Of a DNA stretch of 64,000 bases, positions 34,974-44,191 are shown piece after piece. The stretch spans positions 9,147-73,146 of the forward strand of contig DATBWR010000004.1 of the NCBI GenBank assembly GCA_036514715.1, read 5' to 3'. Source of the DNA: Candidatus Nanoarchaeia archaeon (GTDB lineage: Bacteria; Patescibacteriota; Microgenomatia; Woykebacterales; RBG-16-39-9b). Every line of letters begins with the position of its first letter. Position 1 is the stretch's first letter. Made by a program: the position numbers and the translations under genes. The notes below the pieces were generated by a model. It saw only the letters and a program-made list of their open reading frames with translations, did no database searches and was not told the DNA's origin.

Positions 34974-36437
34974 TTAGAAAAGCTCTAGGGTTTCGGAGGT
35001 TTCTTCAACAGCGTCTGTCTCTTTGTACGGTTCTTTATGCGGAGGCATGTCTACTTCTTTGCCGCTCAGTAAGTCTTCAACTGTCAATATTTGGGTTCTT
35101 GGATAATCCTTATTCCAAGTTTCGGAGTGATAAAACCCAGCAACTGTGGCCTCCTTTTTCATAGGGTTTGTAGGCTCTTCAAGAGTTATAAAAACACCAA
35201 TAGCGGCTTTTTCCCTTTCGATCACACCATTTAAATCTCTAATTTGTGAAACATCAGTGTGCCCACTTTTCACTTGGAGCAAAACTTTCTTTGCATCTTC
35301 TTTGCCATCCAGAAACGGAATTACCCCATCAATACCCTTGTCGGAGCCTTTTCTTTTATCTTGAACTGGCCGCCCGCCCGCTAGATCAACAGCCCACCAT
35401 TCGAACTGGAACCGATCGTGTTTTGCTAAATCGACAGCACCACTAAGATCCTTAGGTTCACCAATAACTTCTATCTTCAACCCAGGAAATGAGTCCTTTA
35501 GTCTCTTTCTCATTAAACCAACCGCCAAATGTGTTATATCTATTCCGACCCACTTCCTTTTTAATTTCTGAGCTGCAACTAAAGCGGTTCCGCAACCACA
35601 AAAAGGATCTAAAACGACGTCACCCTCGTTTGACGATGCTTTGATTATTATCTCCAGTAAAGCTACAGGTTTTTGTGTTGGGTAACCCAACCTCTCTTTT
35701 GAAATTGGGGCTATAATTGACACTTCCCAGACATCTGACATTGGTGCTCCGGGACTTTCTTCTTCGGTGGAACTACTAACAACCCTTTTGCCTTCTTCAA
35801 ACACAGCACGCTGTTTCTTTGTTCCCCATTGTTCAAGGGTTGACTTAGCTAAGTTTTCGTAAAGAGTATTGAAATCTCTTTCTCTTGCTTGGGATTTAGA
35901 GTAAAAAAGTATTACATCATGCATCCTCTGAAACCTCTGTGCTTTGGTAGGCCATCGTCTGTACCTCCAAATGACTTCGTTTTGAAAGTTTTCTTTGCCG
36001 AAAATTACATCCATTATAGTCTTTAGGTAGTGACTTGCGGTTGGGTCACAGTGTAAATAAAGAGATCCTGTATTTTTCAAAACCCTACGAAGTTCAATCA
36101 ACCTCGGCGTCATCATCACTAGATAAGCGGTTAAATCGTTATGCCCCAAAAACTTTATTAAACTATCTATCATGTCTGCTATGTTCTGGGTTGGGGCGTT
36201 GGTCATTATGTCATGATAGGTTCTTTCAGCCTCTGGACCCCACTTCCACGTATCAGTAAAGGCTTCTATTTGTGCTTCCGACTCTTTATTTTCCTCTTCT
36301 TTAAAGATAACGTTATAATCGCGTTTACTGTTAAATGGCGGATCTAAATAGATTAGATCAACACTCTCGTCAGGGAAATGCTCTCTGAGGATTTTTAAGT
36401 TGTCGCCGTAATAGAGCGCGTTGGTTTTCAATTCCAT
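34974..36437 (-). CDS. N6/N4 DNA methyltransferase (beta class) fused to Mrr-like PD-(D/E)XK domain
   Basis: YGDNL, IYLDPPFN, YPTQKP, VLDPFCGCGT; C-terminal DKGIDG...QVKSG. Start ATG 36437 or 36449. Confidence 0.88.
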   Translation of the reverse strand: MELKTNALYYGDNLKILREHFPDESVDLIYLDPPFNSKRDYNVIFKEEENKESEAQIEAFTDTWKWGPEAERTYHDIMTNAPTQNIADMIDSLIKFLGHNDLTAYLVMMTPRLIELRRVLKNTGSLYLHCDPTASHYLKTIMDVIFGKENFQNEVIWRYRRWPTKAQRFQRMHDVILFYSKSQARERDFNTLYENLAKSTLEQWGTKKQRAVFEEGKRVVSSSTEEESPGAPMSDVWEVSIIAPISKERLGYPTQKPVALLEIIIKASSNEGDVVLDPFCGCGTALVAAQKLKRKWVGIDITHLAVGLMRKRLKDSFPGLKIEVIGEPKDLSGAVDLAKHDRFQFEWWAVDLAGGRPVQDKRKGSDKGIDGVIPFLDGKEDAKKVLLQVKSGHTDVSQIRDLNGVIEREKAAIGVFITLEEPTNPMKKEATVAGFYHSETWNKDYPRTQILTVEDLLSGKEVDMPPHKEPYKETDAVEETSETLELF

Positions 36438-36494
36438 AAGTTTAACCATTTTACCATTTCTAGGCTTAGAAATCGAATTTTCTTGGCAGCTAGG

Positions 36495-36520
36495 GATATA
36501 TGAATAGTTATTCATATATC
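36495..36520. promoter_or_regulatory. Third ArsR/SmtB-type operator, between the MTase and uppS
   Basis: GATATATGAATA-GT-TATTCATATATC, just upstream of TATAAT at 36528. Confidence 0.78.
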
Positions 36521-36540
36521 GTTGCGGTATAATGGCCTTT

Positions 36541-37221
36541 ATGGAAAATATAGTGCCGGATCATGTGGCGATAATTATGGACGGGAACCGCCGCTGGGCA
36601 AAACAGCGAGGCCTTCCCGCCCTTGCAGGCCATGCGGCAGGGGTTGAAGCTTTGGAAAAAGTAGTTACCTTGGCTGCCAAAAAGAAAATTAAATTTTTGA
36701 CAGTTTACGCACTATCTGCCGAAAACTTGCAGGAACGCGGACAAAGTGAACTTGCGGGCCTCTTTTCTTTAATTCAAAAAGGTTTGGTTACCAAACTTGA
36801 CCGGCTGGTGAAAGAGGGTGTAAAACTAGTTTTTCTTGGTAACATCAAAGCTCTACCGACGTTAGTTCAGAAGGCGCTTGGTCTGGCCTTGGAAAGGTCA
36901 AAAGGCGGTAAAGGTTTACAACTGGCTGTTGCTCTAAACTACAGTTCTCGAGCTGAAATTGTGGAAGCAGCGCAAAAAGCCTCCTCTATAAAAGATTTGG
37001 ACGAGACCAAATTTTCCAATCTTCTTTACACTTCTCCCACAGCTGATCCGGATTTAATTATCCGCACCGGTGGGCAAAAGCGGCTTTCTAACTTTTTGTT
37101 GTGGCAGGCTTCTTACAGTGAGTTATATTTCACTGACTTGTTATGGCCGGATTTTGGAGAAAAAGATTTTGAGAGAGCACTGGAGGATTTTGCGCTGCGC
37201 AAGCGAAATTTTGGAGCTTAA
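36541..37221 (+). CDS. uppS: Undecaprenyl diphosphate synthase
   Basis: HVAIIMDGNRRWA, PDLIIRTGG..RLSNFLLWQ..Y.E. Start 36541 (or 36532). Confidence 0.95.
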   Translation: MENIVPDHVAIIMDGNRRWAKQRGLPALAGHAAGVEALEKVVTLAAKKKIKFLTVYALSAENLQERGQSELAGLFSLIQKGLVTKLDRLVKEGVKLVFLGNIKALPTLVQKALGLALERSKGGKGLQLAVALNYSSRAEIVEAAQKASSIKDLDETKFSNLLYTSPTADPDLIIRTGGQKRLSNFLLWQASYSELYFTDLLWPDFGEKDFERALEDFALRKRNFGA

Positions 37222-37940
37222 GTACCGGGGATGGCGCGGTTAGCAAAGAGAAAAATACCGATCGCCACAATTATCGCTACCACTAAAATCACAAAAATCG
37301 TTACCGGAAAACCACCTTGGTGCTCCTCACTTTGAGTTTCCTCACTTGGGGTAACTGCGGGAGTTGGTGTACCTGGGGCAGTTGGGGTAGAACTTTCTGC
37401 CGGTACTTGCCAAGGTAGTGGAGCACTGGCTAAGGAAGGGTCTGGAGCTGCAGGTACACTTGGAGGGGGCGGAGTATTGTCTTCTGGGCGCAGCCAACTA
37501 GGACCAACTTCACCGGTGTTTTCTGGCGGCGCTGGCGGTTCGATACTTGGAGTTGAGGTCCCTACTACTCCACTGGCAACTGGTGCAGTTGGTGTGGGTT
37601 CTGGGGCTGAAGGTTCAGGTACCGCTGGTTGGTCATTCATAGCCCATGGCGGTTTCTCCATTTCTGTTGGCGCTGGCATAGCGGCAGCTGGCGGTTCCGA
37701 TACTGTTGGGTTGCTTGGTGTTGGCGGTAGAGGATTTGGCATTGGGTCAGGAACTGCCGGAGTTGGTGTTGGACTTGGGTCAGCTAGCGGCGTTGTTGGT
37801 ACCGGATCCGGACTTGGTGGTAGCGGTGGGGGGTCGGGTATTGGGTTTGGTTCTGGCGTTGGCAGATTAGGATCAGGACCTAACGGTGAGGGTGGTGTTG
37901 GACCAGAAGGTGGGGTAGGCGAGTTTGGTTCTTCGGGCAT
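37218..37940 (-). CDS. Proline-rich low-complexity protein with C-terminal TM
   Basis: P/T/S/E-rich 240 aa with a hydrophobic tail. Confidence 0.75.
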   Translation of the reverse strand: MPEEPNSPTPPSGPTPPSPLGPDPNLPTPEPNPIPDPPPLPPSPDPVPTTPLADPSPTPTPAVPDPMPNPLPPTPSNPTVSEPPAAAMPAPTEMEKPPWAMNDQPAVPEPSAPEPTPTAPVASGVVGTSTPSIEPPAPPENTGEVGPSWLRPEDNTPPPPSVPAAPDPSLASAPLPWQVPAESSTPTAPGTPTPAVTPSEETQSEEHQGGFPVTIFVILVVAIIVAIGIFLFANRAIPGT

Positions 37941-38076
37941 TTAAAAAATTAAACTGCAGATTTTATTAGAGAGCAGTTCTCCTTAAGAAAGGTTATCTTA
38001 TCATACAATAAGTTGTCAAGGATTTATCTTGAGGTTTGCCGCACACCTATTTTTGTGCTAAAATACCATAGTTTCT

Positions 38077-38152
38077 GGCCTCGTGCATCTTGTGGCCAGC
38101 GATATCGGGTTTTCATCCCAGGAGACCTGCGGGTTTGAGCTGCGGAGCAACT
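38077..38152 (+). pseudogene. Degenerate tRNA-Glu-like copy
   Basis: 19 nt (38101-38119) identical to the tRNA anticodon arm at 38184-38202; flanks align loosely, and the acceptor and T stems do not pair. Confidence 0.6.
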
Positions 38153-38160
38153 AAAAATTT

Positions 38161-38237
38161 GGCGCGTTCGTCTAGAGGCCTAGGATATCGGGTTTTCATC
38201 CCGGAGATCAGGGGTTCGAATCCCCTACGCGCTACCA
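38161..38237 (+). tRNA. tRNA-Glu(TTC)
   Basis: GGCGCGT/ACGCGCT acceptor, TTC anticodon loop, GGTTCGAATCC T-arm, encoded CCA. Confidence 0.96.
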
Positions 38238-38339
38238 AATTTTTACACCCCGCCGAGGTCACCACTTTAGAACCCTGTTGTGACTAACTTATCCGACCAG
38301 CTGTTGGGTAAGTGACTTTTTTTGATACCCATTGATACA

Positions 38340-38454
38340 TTGACACAAAACGCTTTCTATGCTACAATCCTCATGTTAATAAACAGGTATCGGGTTTGAG
38401 TATTAGTCTCGTGTCCCGAGCAATGAAGTCCCCGACAAGGGGATTTTATGTTTT
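38340..38454 (+). promoter_or_regulatory. greA promoter and leader hairpin (possible attenuator)
   Basis: TTGACA-N17-TACAAT with extended TG (38340-38368); AAGTCCCC-gacaa-GGGGATTT then T-rich (38426-38454). Confidence 0.6.
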
Positions 38455-38487
38455 CTGCCCAAAAAGACGAGCCCACTAAAGGAAACG

Positions 38488-38958
38488 ATGAGCAAAAAAG
38501 ACACCAAAGTTCTTTTGACAGCCGAAGGTTTGCAAAAACTGAAGGTCGAGTATGACGAGTTAGTCAACGTCAAAAGAAAAGAAGTAACGGAAAAAATTGC
38601 TAAAGCCCGCGAATTTGGTGACCTCTCCGAAAATTCCGAATACGACACCGCCCGCGAAGAACAAAGCTTCACTGAAGGTCGAATAATGGAACTTGAGGAA
38701 ATCCTTTCTCACGCCAAAGTTATTGAGTCCGCGCCAAAATCCTCCGGAACAGTTGATATCGGTTCGAGAGTCCGGGTCCATGTTGACGGCGAGGAAGATG
38801 AGTTTGTGATCGTTTCTTCAGTCGAGGCTAATCCTATGGAAGGCAAAATCTCGGTTGAGTCCCCGGTCGGTAAAGCGCTGCTTGGTTCTAAGGTCGGGGA
38901 TGTGGTCACTGTTTCCTCCACCATCAAAGCTACGTATAAGATTCTCAACATAAGATAG
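38488..38958 (+). CDS. greA: Transcription elongation factor GreA
   Basis: LTAEG..KL..E, AREFGDLSENSEY..A, IS.ESPVG.ALLG. Confidence 0.97.
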   Translation: MSKKDTKVLLTAEGLQKLKVEYDELVNVKRKEVTEKIAKAREFGDLSENSEYDTAREEQSFTEGRIMELEEILSHAKVIESAPKSSGTVDIGSRVRVHVDGEEDEFVIVSSVEANPMEGKISVESPVGKALLGSKVGDVVTVSSTIKATYKILNIR

Positions 38959-39071
38959 GGTAGACAATCTTGCGTTTCCTTTAGGAAACTAAAAGTCCTC
39001 GACATTAAGTAGTTTCTCCTAAACCTAAAAATTTGCTTCCAAACCCTTTTTGAGCTACAATCGCCCGCGTA

Positions 39072-40331
39072 ATGGACGATCTGATCAAATTCTTTGTTTT
39101 TGCTTCCAGGCTGAAATTTTTACCGCGCCGGCGCTGGAAAACTCTTGGTATTCCCAACCCAGAAACAGTCGGTGACCACATCTATCTCACCACCTTTTTA
39201 GCCTGGTTGTTTTCGTTTGGACACGATTTCAACAGCCGTAATTTAATGCTCTCTTCCTTAGCGCACAGCCTAGATTTGGTTTTTCGGCAAGGTCATGATG
39301 TTTATTTGCAAATCCTTAAAGAAAACCCGGCTTCTTTGTATAATGAGGTTCTCCCCACAATTCCTCCCAGCCAACTAATCAAGGGGGAGAAAGAATCATT
39401 AAACAAGTTGCTGAAATACTCTACTGGCTTCCGCAAAGAAATCCGCAAACTCTGGGAAGATTTTAGGTTAGGAAAAAGTAAGGAGGCCAAATTTTTAAAC
39501 ACTGTGGATAAATTGGAAAACCTAATACAAGCCTTAACCTACAAAAAACACTTAAGTAAGAAAACACTTAAAATTTTTTGGGATGAGTGTTACAAATCAA
39601 CTAATGATGCTAGAATTTTGGATTTTCTTAGCTCCCTACAAGAATACGAGGTTGGTAGTGAGAAAGCGGTTAAGAACCGCACCAATCTTAATTTAATAAA
39701 GTTTATTTTTTGCGTTGCTAAGCTCAAGACCATCAAACGCAAAGGCTGGCTACTGCGGGGTGTAAAAAATCCCGATTCAATTTCTTCACATTCAGCCTTA
39801 TCAGCGCTGATGGTCTGGTTTTTGAGTAAACGAAGAAAACTTGACCAGTCAGTGATGTTTATGATGATTCTTTTACACGATCTTTGGGCTTCAGAGATCG
39901 GTGATATTAGCCCGCACGAAGCTTTTATCACTAGAAAAGTGAGTGCCAAAAAAGTTTTCGAATCCTTTCCTTGGATTGGTATGCAACAGGAAAAAGAAAT
40001 TATTATGAGAAAAACTTTGGAGACAAAGGGAGCTGCCTTAGAGAGAATTTTTCGTTATTTACCTTATCAGTTTCATCGCGAACTCAAGTATTTGTGGCTT
40101 GAATTTGAGACCGGTACAAGCCCAGAGGCAAGATTTGCTCGTCAAGTGGATAAAATTGAAACCGTTATTCAGGCAATGGAATATTATCTTGAAGACAAAA
40201 AAATTTCCCCGACCTCGTTTTGGTTGGGTTTGAAAGAGATTATTGACGATCCTCAATTGTCCAAATTTGTTGAAAGCATCGATAACTACTACTTTAAAGA
40301 AAAAGTGCCTGCTAGAGAGCTTGTAAGTTGA
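39072..40331 (+). CDS. Tandem double HD-domain protein (YfbR/HDDC2-like)
   Basis: Two repeats of K...R..W...G...P(E/D)....H; the second has LLHD and DKIE, the first has AHS and DKLE. Confidence 0.75.
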   Translation: MDDLIKFFVFASRLKFLPRRRWKTLGIPNPETVGDHIYLTTFLAWLFSFGHDFNSRNLMLSSLAHSLDLVFRQGHDVYLQILKENPASLYNEVLPTIPPSQLIKGEKESLNKLLKYSTGFRKEIRKLWEDFRLGKSKEAKFLNTVDKLENLIQALTYKKHLSKKTLKIFWDECYKSTNDARILDFLSSLQEYEVGSEKAVKNRTNLNLIKFIFCVAKLKTIKRKGWLLRGVKNPDSISSHSALSALMVWFLSKRRKLDQSVMFMMILLHDLWASEIGDISPHEAFITRKVSAKKVFESFPWIGMQQEKEIIMRKTLETKGAALERIFRYLPYQFHRELKYLWLEFETGTSPEARFARQVDKIETVIQAMEYYLEDKKISPTSFWLGLKEIIDDPQLSKFVESIDNYYFKEKVPARELVS

Positions 40332-40417
40332 GACAAATTATTGTAAAATTACGAGCCAAACCCAAAAACTAAACGAGGGATCAACGCCTTAAACTCTAAA
40401 GAAAGGAGGGAGCTTTC

Positions 40418-41260
40418 GTGAGGCGTGCACTGCGTATCGGCTGGTTGCTCTTGGTGGCCGTACTCGTTTGGCTCCTTCCTCCTTTGGCTGTAAAAAGCCT
40501 TGGGGTTGAGGATACGCTCAGACGAATAGCGGAGAAGTCGGTTTGGAAACGACTACTGGTCAGTTGGGAGAGAAGGAGTCGACGGCGACTTTACCGTCAA
40601 ATTGACCAGTTCTTCGAAGAGCGTTGCAGGCCTGTTCTTTCCAGGTTGCGCAAGAGCGGGTTTCGGGCTCTTGGGAGTGTGAAACCTCAGACGGTCCTCG
40701 AACACATCGAGGCTGTCAAGACCAGGTTTGAACGGGAGGCGAGAATCGAAGGTTTTTCCGAGGAAGAGATTACCGAAGGTGTTTACCGCATCATCTGCCA
40801 CGAGCTAGATGAGGTGGTAAGCCGACGTGATCGAATGCGTACACCTGGTCTTCCTCGACGGAAGGCTGATCGTGACGCTTTCGTTGACGACTTCTGGTAC
40901 GATCCGACTTGGTTCCCCTCGGTTGCCGGTGGTGTTAGTCAGCAGTGGATCGATTCCTACAATAGGGATAGGCCAGCTGTCTACCGGTTTCTCTTGGAAG
41001 AGAAAGGCAAGAAGTTTGCCTCTAGCGTGAGCCTTTACTACGAGGCCTTCCATGTTGGTATAGACCGGACCTCGGTGCTCTGCCGAGACAACCACTATGC
41101 CGAAACCGTGGAGCAAGGCATCGCCGAAGGTGTTAAGGTGAACTTCTTCTGGCAAGAGGCAGTTGCGGCCATCGCCAGCCCAAGGATCCGTATGCAGGTT
41201 GCTCGGGCGTACAATGAGTACTTCCGACGCCAAGCAGAGGAACCAGCTGCCACTAACTAA
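40418..41260 (+). CDS. Hypothetical protein
   Basis: Strong SD (AAGGAGG), GTG start, N-terminal TM, downstream hairpins. Confidence 0.7.
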   Translation: MRRALRIGWLLLVAVLVWLLPPLAVKSLGVEDTLRRIAEKSVWKRLLVSWERRSRRRLYRQIDQFFEERCRPVLSRLRKSGFRALGSVKPQTVLEHIEAVKTRFEREARIEGFSEEEITEGVYRIICHELDEVVSRRDRMRTPGLPRRKADRDAFVDDFWYDPTWFPSVAGGVSQQWIDSYNRDRPAVYRFLLEEKGKKFASSVSLYYEAFHVGIDRTSVLCRDNHYAETVEQGIAEGVKVNFFWQEAVAAIASPRIRMQVARAYNEYFRRQAEEPAATN

Positions 41261-41341
41261 GAAAAAGGAGAAAGAGATGAAGCGTACGTAAACCAAGCCT
41301 CCGTGAGACCCTCGCCGGTACGGAGGCTTAACCATTTGTCC

Positions 41342-41374
41342 AGCCCCTCAATGTAAAACATCGAGGGGCTTTTT
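41342..41374 (+). terminator. Intrinsic terminator
   Basis: AGCCCCTC...GAGGGGCT-TTTT; a second hairpin lies at 41295-41329. Confidence 0.7.
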
Positions 41375-41411
41375 CTTGCGCAAAAATACGCTGATCAGTA
41401 TACTAAGAGCA

Positions 41412-42938
41412 ATGTTTTGGGCGGATATTATTGCCAAAAATCTAAAAGACAAAGGACCACATTTGGTTGACGATGCCAAAACTCCTTCAGGCAAAGTTCA
41501 TGTTGGCGCCTTGCGTGGAGTATTAATCCATGATTTTGTTCATAAAGCCTTGCTTGAGATGGGAGCAAAATCCCGCTATACCTACATTTTTGACGATTTT
41601 GACCCCATGGACTCTCTTCCAGTTTATTTAGATAAAAGTAAATACGAAAAATATATGGGAGCCCCGCTGAAAAACATTCCTGCTCCGGAAGGCGAAGGTT
41701 CATACGCGGAATATTACGCGCACGATTTTCGGACGGTCTTTAATAGTTTAGGAGCCAAACCAGAAATTTTATGGAATTCTAAACTTTACGAAGAAGGTAA
41801 GTTGGATAAGGCGATCAGAGTTGTTTTAGACAACGCTGAGCAGATTCAGGAAATCTACCACCAAGTTTCCGGTTCCCAAAAAGAAAAAGGCTGGCTGCCT
41901 TTTCAGCCGGTTTGTGAGAATTGCGGTAAAATCGGCACAACTAGAGCTTACGACTGGGATGGCCAAGAAGTTAAGTACAAGTGCGAGTCGGAGATGGTTG
42001 AGTGGGCAAGAGGTTGCAGCCACGAGGGTAAAGTTTCACCTTTTGGGGGAAGTGGAAAAATGCCCTGGAAAGTGGAGTGGCCGGCCAAATGGTTTGTTTT
42101 GGGAGTAACTATCGAAGGAGCCGGGAAAGACCATTCTTCCAAGGGTGGTGCGCGTGATGTTGGCGTCAAGATTATCCGCGAAGTTTTCAAAAAAGAACCA
42201 CCTTACGATGTTTCTTACGAATTTATTAACTTAGGCGGTAAAAAAATGAGTTCGTCCAAAGGTTTGGGGTCTTCCGCTCTGGAAGTTGCTGAAATTTTGC
42301 CGCCAGAGGTCCTTCGCTTTCTTTTTGCCCGAGTACCAGCTCAGAGGTCCATTGATTTCGATCCTACACAAGAGACAACCATACCTAACCTCTTTGATGA
42401 GTTTGATCGAGGGCAGAAGGCACATTTTTCTAAAGAAAATCCTGATCTTGCTAAAACTTGGGAAGCATCACAGATTGGAGAAATAAAGCAAGAATTTGTA
42501 CCACGCTTCAATTTAATTAAAGAAGCACTCTCTAACTTCAAAAACGAAGAAGAGATTCTCTCTGAAGCGGGAAAATTAAAAGGAGAGAAACTGTCCAAAG
42601 TTGACGAAGAAGCGATCAAACTACGTATTAAATACGTAAAAATCTGGTTGGAGAGGTTTGGAAAAGAAGAAAAGGCCAGCGAAAAAGCTGTTTTGAGTCC
42701 AGCGCAGAAAAAACTCCTCGAAGAGATCAGTCAAGCTCTTAAAGAAACTCAGAGGGAGGACGAGGTGCAAAACTTCATTTATAATAGAGGAAGGCAGCTC
42801 GGTTTGACTCCGCAAGAAACCTTTCAAGCGGTTTACAAAGCCCTTTTAGGAAAATCCCAGGGTCCAAAGGCTGGGAAGTTAGTCCTCTCACTCGGGTTTA
42901 AGAAAGCAAAAGAGAAATTTTTAGAGGCGGCCAAATGA
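41412..42938 (+). CDS. lysS: Class I lysyl-tRNA synthetase
   Basis: FWAD, TPSG.VHVG, WKVEWP.KW, GKDH, KMSSSKG. Confidence 0.95.
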   Translation: MFWADIIAKNLKDKGPHLVDDAKTPSGKVHVGALRGVLIHDFVHKALLEMGAKSRYTYIFDDFDPMDSLPVYLDKSKYEKYMGAPLKNIPAPEGEGSYAEYYAHDFRTVFNSLGAKPEILWNSKLYEEGKLDKAIRVVLDNAEQIQEIYHQVSGSQKEKGWLPFQPVCENCGKIGTTRAYDWDGQEVKYKCESEMVEWARGCSHEGKVSPFGGSGKMPWKVEWPAKWFVLGVTIEGAGKDHSSKGGARDVGVKIIREVFKKEPPYDVSYEFINLGGKKMSSSKGLGSSALEVAEILPPEVLRFLFARVPAQRSIDFDPTQETTIPNLFDEFDRGQKAHFSKENPDLAKTWEASQIGEIKQEFVPRFNLIKEALSNFKNEEEILSEAGKLKGEKLSKVDEEAIKLRIKYVKIWLERFGKEEKASEKAVLSPAQKKLLEEISQALKETQREDEVQNFIYNRGRQLGLTPQETFQAVYKALLGKSQGPKAGKLVLSLGFKKAKEKFLEAAK

Positions 42939-44191
42939 TTGACATTAAAGAAATCCGGGAAAATAAAGATAAAGTAACTCGGCAACTAGCCAAAAAAGCT
43001 TTTTCTATTAATCTTGATTATCTTCTTGAGATTGATAACGAGCGGCTCCGGCTGATCCAAGAAGTGGATAGCCTGCGTACCAAAAGAAACGAGGCTGCGA
43101 AATCGCGTGACATTGACAAGGGCCGGGAAACAAAAGAAAAACTGGAGAAAGCTGAAAGAGCTCTTTCTGCAGTCGAAGAGGAGTTTAAAACCGTGCTTTA
43201 TAGAGTACCTAACCCTCCTTTGGAAGACGTTCCGGTTGGAGATGAAACTCACAACAAAGTTCTCAAAATTGTTGGGGAGCTGCCGAAGTTTAAATTTACC
43301 CCCAAAGATCACGTAGAAATTGGAGAAGATTTAGGCATTATTGATATCCCAAGAGCAGCCAAAGTTTCCGGAACCCGCTTTGCTTACCTTAAGGGGGACG
43401 GAGTTTTATTAGAGCTAGCTTTGGTGAACTACGCTTTCAGGAAACTTTCCCAAAAGGGGTTTGTACCGGTTTTACCACCGGCGATGATTAAACAGGAAAT
43501 TACTGAAGGTTTGGGCTATTGGCAAGCTGGTGGCAACGAAAACTACTATCTGGTCAGAAATGCCGATGTTTATGCAGACGAGGAAGGTTTGGGTTTATAT
43601 CTGATTGGAACCGGAGAGCACTCGGTTGTTCCCATGCACAAAGACGAAGTTTTTGAGGCAAGCGATCTACCTAAAAAATACGCAGCTTTTTCACCCTGTT
43701 TCCGTCTGGAGGCTGGCTCTTACGGTAAAGATACCCACGGGATCTTAAGAGTCCACCAGTTTGATAAAGTAGAAATGGTTGCTTTTGTGAAGGGCGAAGA
43801 CGATGAAAAAGTAAGAGGAGAAATGCTTACTTTAGTCGAGGAGATCATGGGCGACTTGAAACTCCCTTACCAAGTCGTCAAATTGGCAAGCGGAGATTTG
43901 AGTTTTCCGGCCGCCCAAACCACTGATATTGAAACTTGGATCCCTTCGCAGGAGAAATACCGGGAAACCCACTCAATTTCAACCACAACGGACTTTCAGG
44001 CTAAAAGGCTGAATATAAAGTACGCTCAAGGAGCTAATAAGGATTTTGTTCACATTCTCAACGGTACCGCTATCGCTCTCGGCCGGACAATAATCGCCAT
44101 TTTAGAAAATTACCAACAAGAAGACGGTAGCGTAGCCGTGCCAGAGGTTTTGCGTGAGTATCTTTCTAAAGACGTTATTTCAAGGGGTTAG
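42935..44191 (+). CDS. serS: Seryl-tRNA synthetase
   Basis: Coiled-coil N-terminus, CFRLEAG, GILRVHQFDKVE, LNGTA...RT..AILEN.Q. Confidence 0.97.
   Translation: MIDIKEIRENKDKVTRQLAKKAFSINLDYLLEIDNERLRLIQEVDSLRTKRNEAAKSRDIDKGRETKEKLEKAERALSAVEEEFKTVLYRVPNPPLEDVPVGDETHNKVLKIVGELPKFKFTPKDHVEIGEDLGIIDIPRAAKVSGTRFAYLKGDGVLLELALVNYAFRKLSQKGFVPVLPPAMIKQEITEGLGYWQAGGNENYYLVRNADVYADEEGLGLYLIGTGEHSVVPMHKDEVFEASDLPKKYAAFSPCFRLEAGSYGKDTHGILRVHQFDKVEMVAFVKGEDDEKVRGEMLTLVEEIMGDLKLPYQVVKLASGDLSFPAAQTTDIETWIPSQEKYRETHSISTTTDFQAKRLNIKYAQGANKDFVHILNGTAIALGRTIIAILENYQQEDGSVAVPEVLREYLSKDVISRG

Noticed and set aside
37477-37944. Gly-rich plus-strand ORF
   Set aside because: Antisense shadow of the proline-rich gene.
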